Source of the DNA: Rhynchobatus australiae
Lineage: Eukaryota
NCBI GenBank assembly: GCA_034780895.1
Contig: JAUZTB010000118.1
Coordinates: forward strand, 46,475,316-46,539,315
Direction: 5' to 3'
Length of the DNA stretch: 64,000 nt
Position 1 is the stretch's first letter, and every line of letters begins with the position of its first letter. The notes under the pieces are model-generated. The model was given only the letters and a program-made list of their open reading frames with translations. It did no database searches and was not told where the DNA came from. This document shows, piece after piece, positions 39,960 through 53,171 of this stretch. Made by a program: the position numbers and the translations under genes.

Positions 39960-41463
39960 GTAAGTACCTTTTTGTAAATTGGTTGCAGCTCACTTTAGTT
40001 TGAAAATGATCTTAAGCAATAGAAAATCATCTGCCTTATTTTGTACCCAGCCATGGGAAGGAAAATAGAACATAGTGTAAAATGGACTAGCCCTCTGCCA
40101 TTACTTTTTACCAACAACAAAAGCCAATTTCACCCCAGTAACATTTAACCATTTTTTAGTTCCGTGATGGTAATGGTAAGTCAAAGGTGACCTCACAAGC
40201 TATAATCAGCAGATGATTTTATCCTTTATCATTGCTGATGTGTTTGTCATAATTGGCTATTAATAATAGGACCCAAAGTTGAGGCTCGCTTCATTCTGGC
40301 TGTGATCTATGTTTTAATACCAGGATAGCTTTGTAGCTAAGCAACACATCTCAACAGAGAAACATTGTACAAATTTAATGGCCCTTGGGTCTATCAAAAG
40401 TAATGAGTGTTGTCTAAGAGAAATGCTGCTGACTCTTAAATTATGACGGAGGAATGATGTAAATTCAAGCTGATTTTGGGGGGGGTGGGGGGGAGTGGAC
40501 ATTGTGGATGTTAGTACGACAAACATATTCTGTGCTTTAATTGATGTGAAGTTTTGTTAACAAATATTCTGATTTGGCATTGTTATCAGTAAATGTAGGC
40601 TAGAAAATTTCTCATTGGGAGAAGCATAGAGGAATTTCAGTAATAACATATTCTAAACTAATTTGGTCCATGCAGTAACTGCAGTTTGGGTCAGGAGGAC
40701 TTTTGAGCACACACTTCTTGAGCTATATTAGGAGAGTTCTCATGTCCATCTGATTTGTTGTAGGCAAACTGATAACCCACAGGTGGTGGAGGAGGAGCCC
40801 AACATTTGATATGCAATAGGGTGTGGTTGAAACCTTGATTCTGGGGATGGGACCGGGGGGTGGGGGGTGCTAATGGAGATATTGGGAGCACTGCTGACAG
40901 ACTGCCACTTGGAGCAGAAGAATTATGTAGAGAAGGTCCACATAATGAGCTCCACCCTGTTGATCATCCTCCTCGGTCTTCTATGTTTATGCCAGTTGGC
41001 TTTTTTAACCCAACATTTTAGTGGTTTAGTTACTAAGTAGCAGATGCCAACAGCATTCCCCCTCCCATCCCAAGAAGAATTTCAGTAGCAAAAGAAAAAT
41101 TAGGTTGGATCTTCTTTATTCTCTAAAATGTTGTTGCACTTAGAAATTGTTATTCAATGAAAAGAAACTATTTTGCTTTTGAACAATACCAGAATTTCTT
41201 AAATATCTCTGCCACAAAAGGCTTGTAGTGAAGGTGTAATTAAAGTATTTCTGAATTTTTTTTTGTTTGTGTAAGGCTCTCATTGTACGTGAATCAAAAA
41301 TTAGTAAACTGAGTTGTGCTGTAGATCACTCCTGATTAAGGTATCAGAGTCTGGTTTATTATTACTGTCTTGTATGTTAACATTAAATCACTGAATGCGG
41401 AGACTTCTTACATTGTTCTGCTTAGTTTCTAGTTATCAATGAGATTGAATTTCTTTCCTCTAG

Positions 41464-41583
41464 TGCTGGGATTGCACATACTTCCCATCTGGGCAATGGT
41501 GCTAATCACCCTTGGTGGAGCGCTGTTGTCTGCACTTGTGGTGTGGCTGTTGGTGTGCCCCTGGATGAAGAGGAAAATAGAAA
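41464..41583 (+). CDS. SLC20A2: PiT-2 exon 6
   Basis: ttcctctag|...|gtaagc, 120 nt; (L)[39 protein letters not shown]. Confidence 0.94.
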
Positions 41584-41672
41584 GTAAGCCCCGATACTAA
41601 GGTCATGAGCTTTTTTTTAGAGAAGGGGAATTGAGCTTTGGTTGAATTAGAACTACTTCGTCTGTCTTGCAG

Positions 41673-41876
41673 GTAAACTAAAGGAGAAAGTGCTGTCCAG
41701 AATATCTGATGAAAGCCTTGATAAAAGCCAAGATGAGGAAATGCCAGTGTTTAAAGAGCTGCCTGGCGCAAAGGCAGCAGATGAGTCTATGCTGCCTCTC
41801 ACTAGTGGAGTCACTGAGGCATGTGGTGGTGCCTCAGATAGCCATGTCATCACTGCATCAACAGGAGTTTCAAATG
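41673..41876 (+). CDS. SLC20A2: PiT-2 exon 7 (start of large intracellular loop)
   Basis: tgcag|...|gtaagt, 204 nt; (S)[43 protein letters not shown]..., matching the PiT-2 LSRxSDESL...[11 protein letters not shown] motif. Confidence 0.94.
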
Positions 41877-42479
41877 GTAAGTCAGGAGACAGCAGTAGCT
41901 TGCTGCTAACCTAGTGCATTGCTAACAAACTGGTGATATCAACTCGACAATCTCCCCTTTAAGACTAATTACATTAATACACTGCAGGCTGGAATGTGTG
42001 TAGCTTCTCCTTTCCTTGACGTTGTTGTTACCTTGATATTGATGATAAATTGGACAGCTGATATTGACAGAAGGTGCATTTATACTCTCCTGGATGATTT
42101 GAAGCAATATCCTAAATTGTGTTTCTTTTTGGTCTAGTGGAATCTCCTACATCTTTTTAATTTGCCTCAGCTGTACACTGAAATTTATGTACTTCTATCC
42201 CCAAATTGATGGGTTTTCATGAACCTACACGAGGGATCCCTCATTGAACTCTTCCTCTTCCTCCTTCCCCCGTTTTCACTTTCTTCCAGCACTGTAGTTG
42301 GCAAAGGTGAAAAATCTGGATATGTTTTCAGAATGGGTCTATGGATGGTGACCTAATTCTATACAGAACTACAAGTAACAATGTCCATGTAGATTGGTCA
42401 TCCCAGTCTCTTCCAACTTGTGAAGCAATGAATAAGGGATTGTTCTGCAATGCAAATTCATGTGGGTCCATTATTTAAA

Positions 42480-43580
42480 CGATCCCACAACCAACAAATC
42501 TGATAAAAGTTCTGCAATTCTGTCACATCTGGTTGTGAATGGTGGTAGGCAATTAAACAGCTAATTGGAGAACACCCCTATTTTCAACAATAAGGGGATC
42601 CAGTATGTGAGTGTTAAAGACCAGATTGAAGCACCTGAACCAGATTCAGCCATAGGTGCCATCACAGCACTGTCAAGCAGCACTCCCAAATGCCCAGACT
42701 GGGTTTCACCAAGACCTCTCAGCTCCAAACCTTATCACCCCATTGGCCAAAGCCTGCCAAATTCCACAGCATAAAGGCAGCTTCCCTGGTAACACCTGAA
42801 CTCAATGGATATCAAGGAGAAAACACTCCTGTGGTGGGAGATCAATTATCCCAGTCCCAGGACCTCACCTCTAGAGTTTCTCGAGGTAGTTTCCAAAGCC
42901 CAATCATCTTCAGTTGCTTCATCAAAGACCTACCATCCATCATGAGGAGGGAATGTTTGCTTATTGAACAATATTCAGTTCCATTCACAACTGTTCAGCA
43001 AAAGAAGCAGCCCACTTCTGCTTGCAGACAGACTTAAGCAACATCTGAGCATGGATTGATAGTTGGCAAGTAACATTCATGCCATAAGTGTTAGACATTG
43101 ACTATTTCCATCAAGAATCTAAACATTTACCCTTCACATTCAATTGCAGTACCATTGCAGAGTCCCTTTCCATCAATATCCTGCGAAGGCCCCACTAGAC
43201 CTGTCACAAAGTAAGAACAGTTCAGAAAATGGGTATCATGAAACAAATGCCTTGCCTTCTAACATCCCAAATCCACACCAAAGCACGTCAGGAGTGTGAT
43301 GCAATATCCTCTACTCACCTCAATCAGTTCAACTCCAGCGATGCTCAACCATCCTGGGGAAATTATTTGCTTTTACTTGGTCCCCCCTTTAAAACTGTAA
43401 ACATTAAATTCCCTTNNNNNNNNNNGTGGCTAGATAGTACTCACAGCACATAATGCAATGTTGTTACTTATTTGGACTGCTGGATTCAAGAAGGTGGCTC
43501 AGCGTCACCTTCTCAAGGACACTTGCAAATTCTGGCCATGCTAGCAATGTCCAGATCCCAGAAATTGCAAAAATAAAGAA
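42480..43580 (+). mobile_element. Decayed non-LTR retrotransposon (CR1/L2 group) RT and 3' tail
   Basis: caatcatcttcagttgcttcatcaaagacctaccatccatcat (RT domain 4/5-like) and tail ttcaagaaggtggctcagcgtcaccttctcaagg; related - strand pieces at ~3050-3990 and ~9260-9370. Confidence 0.55.
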
Positions 43581-43599
43581 AATGATTTAATTACACAGC

Positions 43600-44190
43600 A
43601 CTCACAGCAGCTGTCTGCACCTTCACCCTACCCTTCTCCCACTTGGCTCCGTCTGTTTTTTTTTTCCCTTTGTCTTCTTGCAACCATCCCACCTACCTCT
43701 GTCTCCCGAATCCACCTCTCCCCCTCCTTCCTCCCCACTTGGCTCCTTCTGCCCATCATCATTCTTCACCTCTCCTCTGTCCACTTATCACCTATCGGCC
43801 GCTGTCTCACCCCTCCCCTTTTATGCCTTGTTCCTTTTCACCCTCCCTTCTGATGCCGGGCAGAGTTTCAACCGGAAACNNNNNNNNNNNNNNNNNNNNN
43901 NNNNNNNNNNNNNNNNNNNNNNNNNNNNNNNNNNNNNNNNNNNNNNNNNNNNNNNNNNNNNNNNNNNNNNNNNNNNNNNCCCCAACTCACTTGGTTCCAC
44001 CTATCACTTACCAGCCCACCTTGCCTGTTCCTCTCACTTCTTTATACTGGCTTTCTTCCCTCTTCACTCACAGTCCTGTCAGATTCTTGATCCAAAATGT
44101 TGACCATCCCTTTGCCTACATAGATGCTGCTTGACTTACTAAGTTCTTCCAGCAGTTTGCTTTTTACTCCAGATTCCAGTATCTACTGAG
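43600..44190 (+). mobile_element. Penelope-like pyrimidine-rich spacer plus terminal repeat
   Basis: C/T-rich tract homologous to 6330-6600 (-), ending gatgctgcttgac...ttccagcagtttgcttttt..ctccagattccag. Confidence 0.6.
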
Positions 44191-44279
44191 TTTTGGCACC
44201 ATAAGCCATAATACCTTCTCTTGCTGCCTCTAGCTCCTATACAAAAAGAAACCTGTGTCCACATTTAAAATTTGTCATG

Positions 44280-44930
44280 TAGAACATAAGAGCAGTACAG
44301 CACAGGAGCAAACCCTTAGGCCTACCATGTCTGAGCCAACCAAGAATACCAATCTAAACTAATCTCTTCTGACAGCACAAAGTCCATATCCCTCTATTCT
44401 CTGCCTGTTCGTGTGTTTGTCCAAATGCTTCTTAAACATTCCTATCTTTTACTACTTCCCCAGGTAGTGTTATTATGTTCCAGGCACCTACCATACCCTG
44501 TGTCCAAAAAAAAATTGTCTCAATAAAATTTCCTGCTCTTACCTTAAACCTATACACGCTGGTATTTGAAATTTCCATCTTGGAAGAAAGACTCTGACTA
44601 TCTACAATATTCATGCCTCTTTTAATTGTATCTATTTCAATCAGGTCAAAGTCAAAGTGGAGTTTATTGTTGTACGCACAAGTGTATGTTTGCACAGGTG
44701 CAATGAAAAACAGCCACCTAGGATCACAGACATGTAGCATCATATAAGCAGCATTCACAAGAAAAATATAAATTATACACAATTTTTACAAGAAAGAACA
44801 CAATTGGAACAAAAAAAAGTCCATTTTAGTGTAAAGTGATCAAAGTGGTCGCCTCTTGGCCTTCTGCACTCTTAGCGAAAACAATCCAAATTTGTCCAAC
44901 CTTTTTGCAGCTAATACTGTCCAATCCAGA
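44280..44930 (-). mobile_element. CR1-like LINE 3' fragment interrupted by another LINE tail (~44645-44850)
   Basis: agaacataagagcagtacagcacagga...; the inserted piece begins aaagtcaaagtggagtttattgttgtacgcacaagt. Confidence 0.65.
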
Positions 44931-46808
44931 ATATAAGCAATGCTTTTAGATCGCAGGAGGTTGCCAGTATCTTGTACAAGTTTGAAGTAATCTATAGTGG
45001 ATCTTGTAAGCTTATTACCTTAAATTGACTTTGGCATATTGAGCACATGCCTCAGTTAATCAATTGAACATTTTTATTCAAATAATCATATCCCAGTCCC
45101 ACTATGCAGAAGTTTATCATACCCAGGGTATCTGATTCCTGCATTAAAGCTATCAATGTGTGTGATTTTTAAAGTTGTGGCATGTTAAAACCGTACGGGT
45201 GAAACAACCTGTTTTATCCAAAAGCAAAATACTGCAGGGGTTGACAATCAGAAATAAAAATGGAGCATCCTGTAAGTACTCAACCAATCAGGTGGCATCT
45301 GTGGAGAAAGAAACTGTTCAAGTTTAAGGCTGATGACCTTAACTGTTGGAAACACTGGTGTGAAAGGTGATGTCATGAGAAAAGGAAGTCAATGACTTGA
45401 AGCAGTAACAGTTTTTACTCTTTCTAGAAGCTACTCGACCTGCTTTCATATGTTTTATGTTTATAACCATTATTCACCAGCTTTCTCCTGGCCAAAGCAG
45501 TTGTGGAGGAAACCACTGTGTGGGGAGGTGGAACTGGCCAGACTGTCAATGACTAACTTTATTTCCCTTCTGGCATAAACAAGGTGATTTCATGAGTTTG
45601 TGGGGTTGGCCAAAATTCTGTCCAACACGTACAAAAAGGAAGTAACAGCTCTTCTTTAGTTCACAACTTGATCCCAGTTATAGCATTAAAATTCACTCTT
45701 GCCTTTTGCTTTCAGTCATGCATGCTATAAACAATCATGTGGAATTAGTCCTTCTGACCAGAATTGGAAAACCCGCTTTGATAACTATCGTGGAGATGGG
45801 AACTTGGGCAGCATCATGTCTTGTATTAGTTGAACCTGTTTGTCAAGAATGAATGTTAAATTTCCCCCTCTCTTGCTTGCACTGCATACTCAAATTTAAT
45901 CCCAATTCTCATATGTTATAATCTTTTAATATTACTGTTTTTAAAGAAACTATCTAATTTCTTTTTAGTAACTTGGTAGCAAGCATTCCACATTTTGATT
46001 CATCTTTTGTGTAAAGAAATATTCTTCTACCACTTCTTCCTTTTGTCTTTGACTTACAGTAAATAAGTATGCTTTCATTACCATTTTATCAAAACAATCT
46101 CACTGTTTAGCAATTGATATTTCCCATTCTGACAAATTTCCACAAAACTTTGACTTCTGTCCTTTGCTGGCAATGTCTGCTCACAATGAGATGTGGTTGC
46201 TTTATCATTCATGTAGCTACCTTGTATTAGTGAGGAAAAGCGTATCAATTTTTCGTTGTGACAGAACTAGCATTCATTAGCTCTAATTGGGGATTCTAAT
46301 ATAGCATCACTTTCTGTTGAGTGAGGCAAAGATAGAATCTCTGCCGCCTCAAGGTGACCTGGCAGTGAGTCAAGTCAGGTTACGGTGGCGTGAGGTCTGT
46401 TGGGTTGTTATGGGTTCCTTGTAGTGAACACACAAGTTGGACATTCCCTTGAATTCCTCATCCACAAACAAGCATCCATAGGTTGGTACACTAACAGAGG
46501 CATAGCTGTAACCTGATGGTGGAAGTGGGTCCTGTCTTGGATTCCCAAGCAATTAATTGGTTGTTATCCACCCCAAGGTGCCCTAAGTAAGGGCTGATAG
46601 ACTGTCTTCTGTCAGCGTGGTAATGGTTTACTGCCTTGCACATGCAGTTGAGCAGCAGCTGATGCCATGCATTTATCTGTCAGGAAAAGATGCTAACACT
46701 AGTGGTATAGCTAATTTTTGTGAATTTCTTTTGGTTCCCAGGAACTTGTGCCAGACCAGAAACTAAATGTTGTCTATTAACCTAAAATCTACTGGTTTAT
46801 TTTTACAG

Positions 46809-47397
46809 GTAGAGCTGCATCCCTGACAAACGGCGGCATAAAATCTCCTTTTTCCAATGGTACATTTCATTTCGAAGGGCACACGAGAAGTGACGGTCAC
46901 GTATACCACACGGTCCACAAAGACTCAGGACTATACAAAGATCTTCTGCACCGAATGCATTTAGACAAGATCACCGATGATCGGACACAACCAGAGAACT
47001 CCTACCGGCTTCTCCGCCGCAATAACAGCTACACATGCTACACAGCCACTATCTGTGGCATGCCTGTCCAGCCAGCCTTCAAGTCCTCAGATTTTGTGGG
47101 GGTGGAAGACAGTGAGAAGCTTGTAGATGATGTGGCCTCCTACTCTAAGAAGCGGCTCCGTTATGACAGCTATTCCAGCTACTGCAATGCAGTAGCTGAA
47201 GCAGAGATTGAGGCTGAGGAAGGAGGGGTAGAGTTGAAGTTGGCCAGTGAGCTGAGTGACCCCCTGCCCCCAGCAGTGAATGCTGTGGATGAAGATGGAG
47301 AGGAGAAGGAGAAGCCCCAAGTTCATCTGCTCTTTCATTTCCTCCAAATCCTTACCGCTTGCTTTGGATCATTTGCACACGGTGGTAATGATGTTAG
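46809..47397 (+). CDS. SLC20A2: PiT-2 exon 8 (intracellular loop to second GxNDV signature)
   Basis: tttacag|...|gtaagt, 589 nt; (G)RAASLTNGG...[20 protein letters not shown]...RNNSYTCYT...[16 protein letters not shown]...[22 protein letters not shown](S). Confidence 0.96.
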
Positions 47398-50300
47398 GTA
47401 AGTTCACCCTCGAAACCATGACTTGCTTCTACTGGCTATGTTCCTCAACATTTGTTGGTTTGTGTTTAGTGTGCTGGCGTCGGTGGGGGTTGAGATGCAA
47501 AGTTGGTGGGATTGTAACATTGATTAGTGCTTTCAAATAATTGCTTTTGTTTGAAGTTTCCTTAAAACCATAACAGCTATGGGATAGTTTGTACTATTGA
47601 TGTAGCTTCCCCTAACTTGGCCTTAAAAAGGGTTGGTCTTTTATCAATTTAAACTGTAAGGAGAAATTGGATTGTCCCAGTGTTATTAAGCAAGATGCCC
47701 CATTTTAAAACAGAGAAAGTAACAGAAAACTAACTTTCTTTTAAACAAAAATCTGTAATAATAATGTTTGATTTAATCAATGCACATCCTGCATACCTGT
47801 CGTGGTTGTGGCAGACATTATGCATACCTTTTGGACAAGATAGAGGAATATGTGGGAGGAAGGGGTTAGATATTCTTAGGTGTGGTTTGAAGGTCGGCAC
47901 AACATGGTGGGCCGAAGGGCCTGTATTGTTCTGTGGTTCTATTGCATGCTCCCGGGCATTAGTTTCTGAGGTTGAAAGTTTAGAACAAACAAAACTCTTG
48001 ATCTTGATGTGTTTTCATACACAAAGAATTCAAAGTTTAACTTTTCAAAGTGTCTGACAGAACTCCGCAAGAACAAACCATATACATTTATCCATGCTCA
48101 AACTTTGGCTCGGGGAATAACTATGAAGATTACAATAAAAATAGATTTTATAGGAACCACTGGTTTAATTTTTTTTGGCTGTGCTCCCTCTAATTCATTA
48201 AGCAACCTTTGGCATTCCACGTGGCTTGGTGGCTGATTTTTAGCCAAAGGTTTGCTAAAGATTGAAGCATCAACAGCAGCCAGTTGTGAATACCTTAGCA
48301 TCTGTTGTACATGATGATAGCTGACACTTTCTCTCATGATTTGGCTAAAATGCTTGTTACCTAAGAGCTCATCTCGGGGAATATTCTTGTTCATATTCCA
48401 AATGATAGTAGATAACTGTGCAGCAGCTTATGTGAATATTCTAATCTTAATTACTTATTTTTAAACTGCCCCTTTTTTTTTCCCCTGTCTTCCCTTCTCC
48501 CACATGTATACTTGCGTTTTGGACTGTAGGAAATTTCTACACAGCAATATACCACAAACAGCAGTGAAATGGCTAACAGATATTCTGATACTGGAAGAAA
48601 AGTAAAGGGCAATCAGGAGAATTCTTCTTGACCAAAATCATGGATGTCCCTGCATCCACCTGAGAGGAAGGTCTGGGCCTAAGTTTGATGAAAAAGTAGC
48701 ACCTCTAGCAGTGAGCAGTCTTGTGTTACTGCACTGAATGGCCAGCTTTACTGAATGTAGAAAACGGTTACTTGTCATATTACAGCTACATCTACAACAC
48801 AACCTGGTAGTTTCTATTGCACATCAAAGCTATGTACAAAACTATCAGTTTTGAGATTGATATTTAAAGGGCCACAACCATGAATCATTTATTCCCAACT
48901 CCTGTCCTGAAGATACAAATTATTTGTGTGTGAACCCAGATTATGAGCTGTTGAAGAGATTATTTCAAGTTAAGGGGGAAGAATCATGACCATGTTCCAC
49001 TTGGTTCTTGTTCAAAAACAATGGGATGGGACCCTCTAGCCTTGTTTCAGTTATTGCTCTCTTTTGGGGTAGAGTTGTGAGTGTGACCCCACTTTATCTA
49101 GGCTGATATTCCAATGAAGACCTGAGGGATTGCTGCACTTTCTGATGAGCCTTAAACTGAGTCTCATTTGCCCTGTGTTGGATTAAAAGATCCTACAGCA
49201 GTGTCTCAAAGAAGGGCATAGAGTCCTGTCCATTAGTAACCTTCTACGAGTATTGCTATAACCAGTTATAAGCTTATTTATCCCATCGCGGTTTCTGAGA
49301 ATCTGTGTGAAAATGACCAAACTCTGTCGTGAGTGTGCAAAGATGCTGAATAAGTGCAAGTTCTGTTGTTCCTCTCTCTGTATCAGGGAGGTACTAATCT
49401 AGATTTGTTGGTCGTGCCATTTGAAATGCTTTGTCACGTAACAGAGGACAAGCTCCAGGTAAGTTGTGTAAGGAAACACCAGGAGGAAGAGCATAAAAAG
49501 TAACTTAAGACAAACTGGTAGAGTAGTTGCTAATTATAGATTTACTGGTCATTTTCACCTCCCTGTTCACAGAAGAGTTCTTCTTCAAGGTCATTAATGC
49601 CTAGCTGACAATTTAAAAATAGTTCAACATGTGTGTCGCTGGCAGAGTTTGATACTGACTTTTATTGGTCACTTCCTGGATAAGCGATTTTTTTTTTTTC
49701 TTCTTCTCTCTATTTTATCTGAGTAGGAATGTGTAAAAGAAATGTGAAATTTCAGTTTTGTGCTTGTCGCCTCTTGTTAAGCACCCTTGTATGTTATTTT
49801 CCAATTACTAGCCTGGCAGGTCTGTGAATAGTGATCTTGTATTTCACGCACGACCAACTGTTTTAGGTGTGAAATTACTTGGAATCCTTTGCCCAGGAAC
49901 AAGCAATTCATAAGAAATAGGAGCAGATGTAGGCTGTTTGTCTCTTGTGCCAGTTCTGCCATTCATTAAGATTATGACTTACCCTTGATCTTTTCTGCAG
50001 TAACCCCATATCCCTCTATTTCCTTAATATCTGAAAAATCTCTCAATTTCTCTAACGTATTCAATTCATCAGTCATCATAATCCACCTAAGCCTCTTCCC
50101 ACCCGGTATATTTGCCCATCCTGTCACTGTGTAGCTTGAATTCCTTCTCTTGTATCCATTCTCTACCCTTTTTAATATAGTTTGCTTAAAGCACTCCAAG
50201 GCATTAAGTNNNNNNNNNNNNNNNNNNNNNNNNNNNNNNNNNNNNNNNNNNNNNNNNNNNNNNNNNNNNNNNNNNNNNNNNNNNNNNNNNNNNNNNNNNN

Positions 50301-50779
50301 NNNNNNNNNATTAAGTTTTCATTATCCTGTAACCAAAGGATTCCTCCTATAATTTTTTTGCTGGTCTGCTAGTGATTGTCTTGTATTTATATCCTCTGGG
50401 CTCAGTTACAACTGCTCTCTCCACGTTCACCTTGGTGAACATCTTCATTTTGACTGGAGAAAGGGACCCCCAAAATGTTTGATGTCTTTTGATAATTGTA
50501 CAAGTTTTGATTAGGTCCTTGAAAGTCTTTACTTTCAGTACTCAAATATTTTCATGTAAACTGCCCAAACTGCACACAGTAATTCTTGCAGCTTAATCCA
50601 CACAGCAGAATAGTCTTGACCCATTTGGCATCTTTCATTTCTAACTTTCTGACTTGAGCTTTTTGCTTCAAAATTTTTTATGTACACAGAAGTATGATTG
50701 GAGGGAAAAACTGATGTACAGAGAAGATAACGTTACTTCTCTCCTAAGTGTTGAGAAGTGTCTGTCAGCCTGCAGCATA

Positions 50780-51030
50780 AGATGATATATCTTTAGTCAT
50801 GTGTACTTTGAAATACATCTTTTTGTATAGTGTTCTGGGGGCAGCCCATGAGTGTCACCACGCTTCCAACGCTGACATGGCATGCCCACAACTCCTAACC
50901 TGTAGGTCTTTGGAATGTGGGAGGAAACCCACACAGACTTGAGAATGTATAAACTCCTTACAGACGGTGGCTGGAATTGAACCCGGATCACTGGCGCTGT
51001 AATAGCGTTATGCTAACCACCACATACTGC
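50780..51030 (-). mobile_element. V-SINE copy
   Basis: Same family (ctttggaatgtgggaggaaaccc...ggaattgaacccggatcactggcgctgtaatagcgtta). Confidence 0.8.
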
Positions 51031-53003
51031 GGTATACTGGGGAGATGTATGAAACTAATATTCAGCATCTGTTGATATTTGTTCTGCCTCTTCACTGGAA
51101 CACAGGATGGAGATGAACACATTTCAAGTCATTTATTGATCTGAATTCTAAGTGCTTTAATAGTTTTCAGTTATTTCACTGGTGCATTTTAAGGTCCTGG
51201 CTTGGTGGTAACTATATTGCCACTGCATAAGAAGGTTCTGAATTTTAAATCACACTCCAAAAACTTGAGCATGTTATCCAGGTTGATACTCAAGCTCAAT
51301 ACTAAGGGAATACAGTACTGTCAGATATCCCATCAACCCTCTGTAATGAGGAATTCCAGAATGCATGCTTGCAGCTCTGTTTATGCAATCTGAAGTTAGC
51401 ACTTCTATCAGCCTCTTTAAGCATGCCAAACGTCATCATGGTCATGAGGGAAACGATCTACTGCTACATTTCTAGGAAAGGCAGTGTGTGAGACGCTCTG
51501 GCAGGTTAAATTTAAAGTTGCCTACGCTCCATCTGTAAAACATGATTTCAAATTGTAGTGTGTTTTCTGTGGCCAATATGTTATTACAAAGTGTAACATA
51601 AGATGCCTATTTGTCAGTTCCACTTGCNNNNNNNNNNNNNNNNNNNNNNNNNNNNNNNNNNNNNNNNNNNNNNNNNNNNNNNNNNNNNNNNNNNNNNNNN
51701 NNNNNNNNNNNNNNNNNNNNNNNNNNNNNNNNNNNNNNNNNNNNNNNNNNNNNNNNNNNNNNNNNNNNNNNNNNNNNNNNNNNNNNNNNNNNNNNNNNNN
51801 NNNNNNNNNNNNNNNNNNNNNNNNNNNNNNNNNNNNNNNNNNNNNNNNNNNNNNNNNNNNNNNNNNNNNNNNNNNNNNNNNNNNNNNNNNNNNNNNNNNN
51901 NNNNNNNNNNNNNNNNNNNNNNNNNNNNNNNNNNNNNNNNNNNNNNNNNNNNNNNNNNNNNNNNNNCCACCTTCCCCCCCCCCCCCCCCCCGCACCCGCA
52001 CCATTTCCCTATTGGCTGAATACAAGTGCATTATTCCTGAAGTGCTAGTGAACATTTTTTTTCTTAGTGAGCTTTATGAAAACAAAATGGACTATAAATT
52101 TTCGTATTGTTTGCAGAATTTTACCATTAGCAGAATTAATGTATGTGCTTCCCACATTACAGCTGTGCAAACAATACCAACATTATTTAATTGTCTGCAA
52201 AACACTTTAAGATGTCCCCGAGTTGTGATGATTGTTCCTTCATTGTATAGCTATCATAGTTTCCCACAGCACTTGGTGGCACTTCAGCAGCTGCATCAGA
52301 AGCACAATCGTTGGGCCTGCAGATATATACGTGATCACTTGTATTGTGACACTACTGCACCTTGCCTGTTCCCCTGGGGAGCCATTTGATTTTCTGCGGT
52401 CCCCTCAGCTACAAAGCCTCAAGTGTGGGAAGAGAACTGCACTGCAGCTCTTTTAAATAGTTTCGTCTTCATCCCAAGTGGCCTAAATAGCTGCTGAATT
52501 TTATTTACTCATTCTCCAGTAGTAGGAGTTGCTGGCATTTGGTATCAAGTTGTGGTTGTGTTGTTGGATTGGTACTCCTGAGAACAGGAATGCTAGTTGG
52601 TGCATTTTCAGTGGCTTTTTGAAGTAAAAGGACCTGAAAATCGCTGATACCAGTAAAGTGGCTATGTAGCCAGGATTGCAATTTAATTAGGAAAAAAGCC
52701 TGGTTCACTAGTGGACAGAAACCTGCCATTTTGTCCCACCTGGCCTAATTCTACCCCTACCCCGATGTGGTTGACATTTAGTTGCCCTCTGAAGTGGCCT
52801 AGCACCAAGCACCAGAGATTAACAGTAAACAGTAGAGTTGCCTGTGATGCCTACTTCCTAAAAATGAATAAATGACATTCCAGGCCAGGTATGCTATTTG
52901 CTCTCACTTGCTTAACCGTTGCTATTATCCAGTTGTTGGATGGTTCAGAAATGTTTTTTAAAAAAAGCTTTGGACTATCTAACGTTATTATAGCAAATAA
53001 CAA

Positions 53004-53128
53004 AGATACAAGAGAGACTGCAACTGCTGGTAATCTGGTGCAATCATCAAGAAGGGTGTCGGCCTGAAACTTCAACTGTTCATTTCCCTCCATAGATGCT
53101 GCCTGACCTGCTGAGTTCCTCCAGCATT

Positions 53129-53169
<41 letters not shown>

Positions 53170-53171
53170 GC
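53004..53171. mobile_element. Inverted Penelope-terminus insertion with 15-bp TSD and internal (GT)n
   Basis: tatagcaaataacaa at 52989-53003 and 53172-53186; the 5' part is in - orientation and the 3' part in + orientation. Confidence 0.7.
53131..53168. repeat. (GT)n microsatellite
   Basis: About 19 GT units. Confidence 0.95.

Noticed and set aside
41668-41678. Recursive splice sites at cag|GTAAAC (exon 7) and cag|GTAGAG (exon 8)
   Set aside because: GT is explained by phase-1 Ser/Gly codons, the reconstituted donors are weak, and the introns are short.
51967-52030. Internal promoter (C-run, CpGs, ATTGG) next to a 339-N gap
   Set aside because: Too little sequence is visible; homopolymer C/G runs are common in this window and typically cause such gaps.
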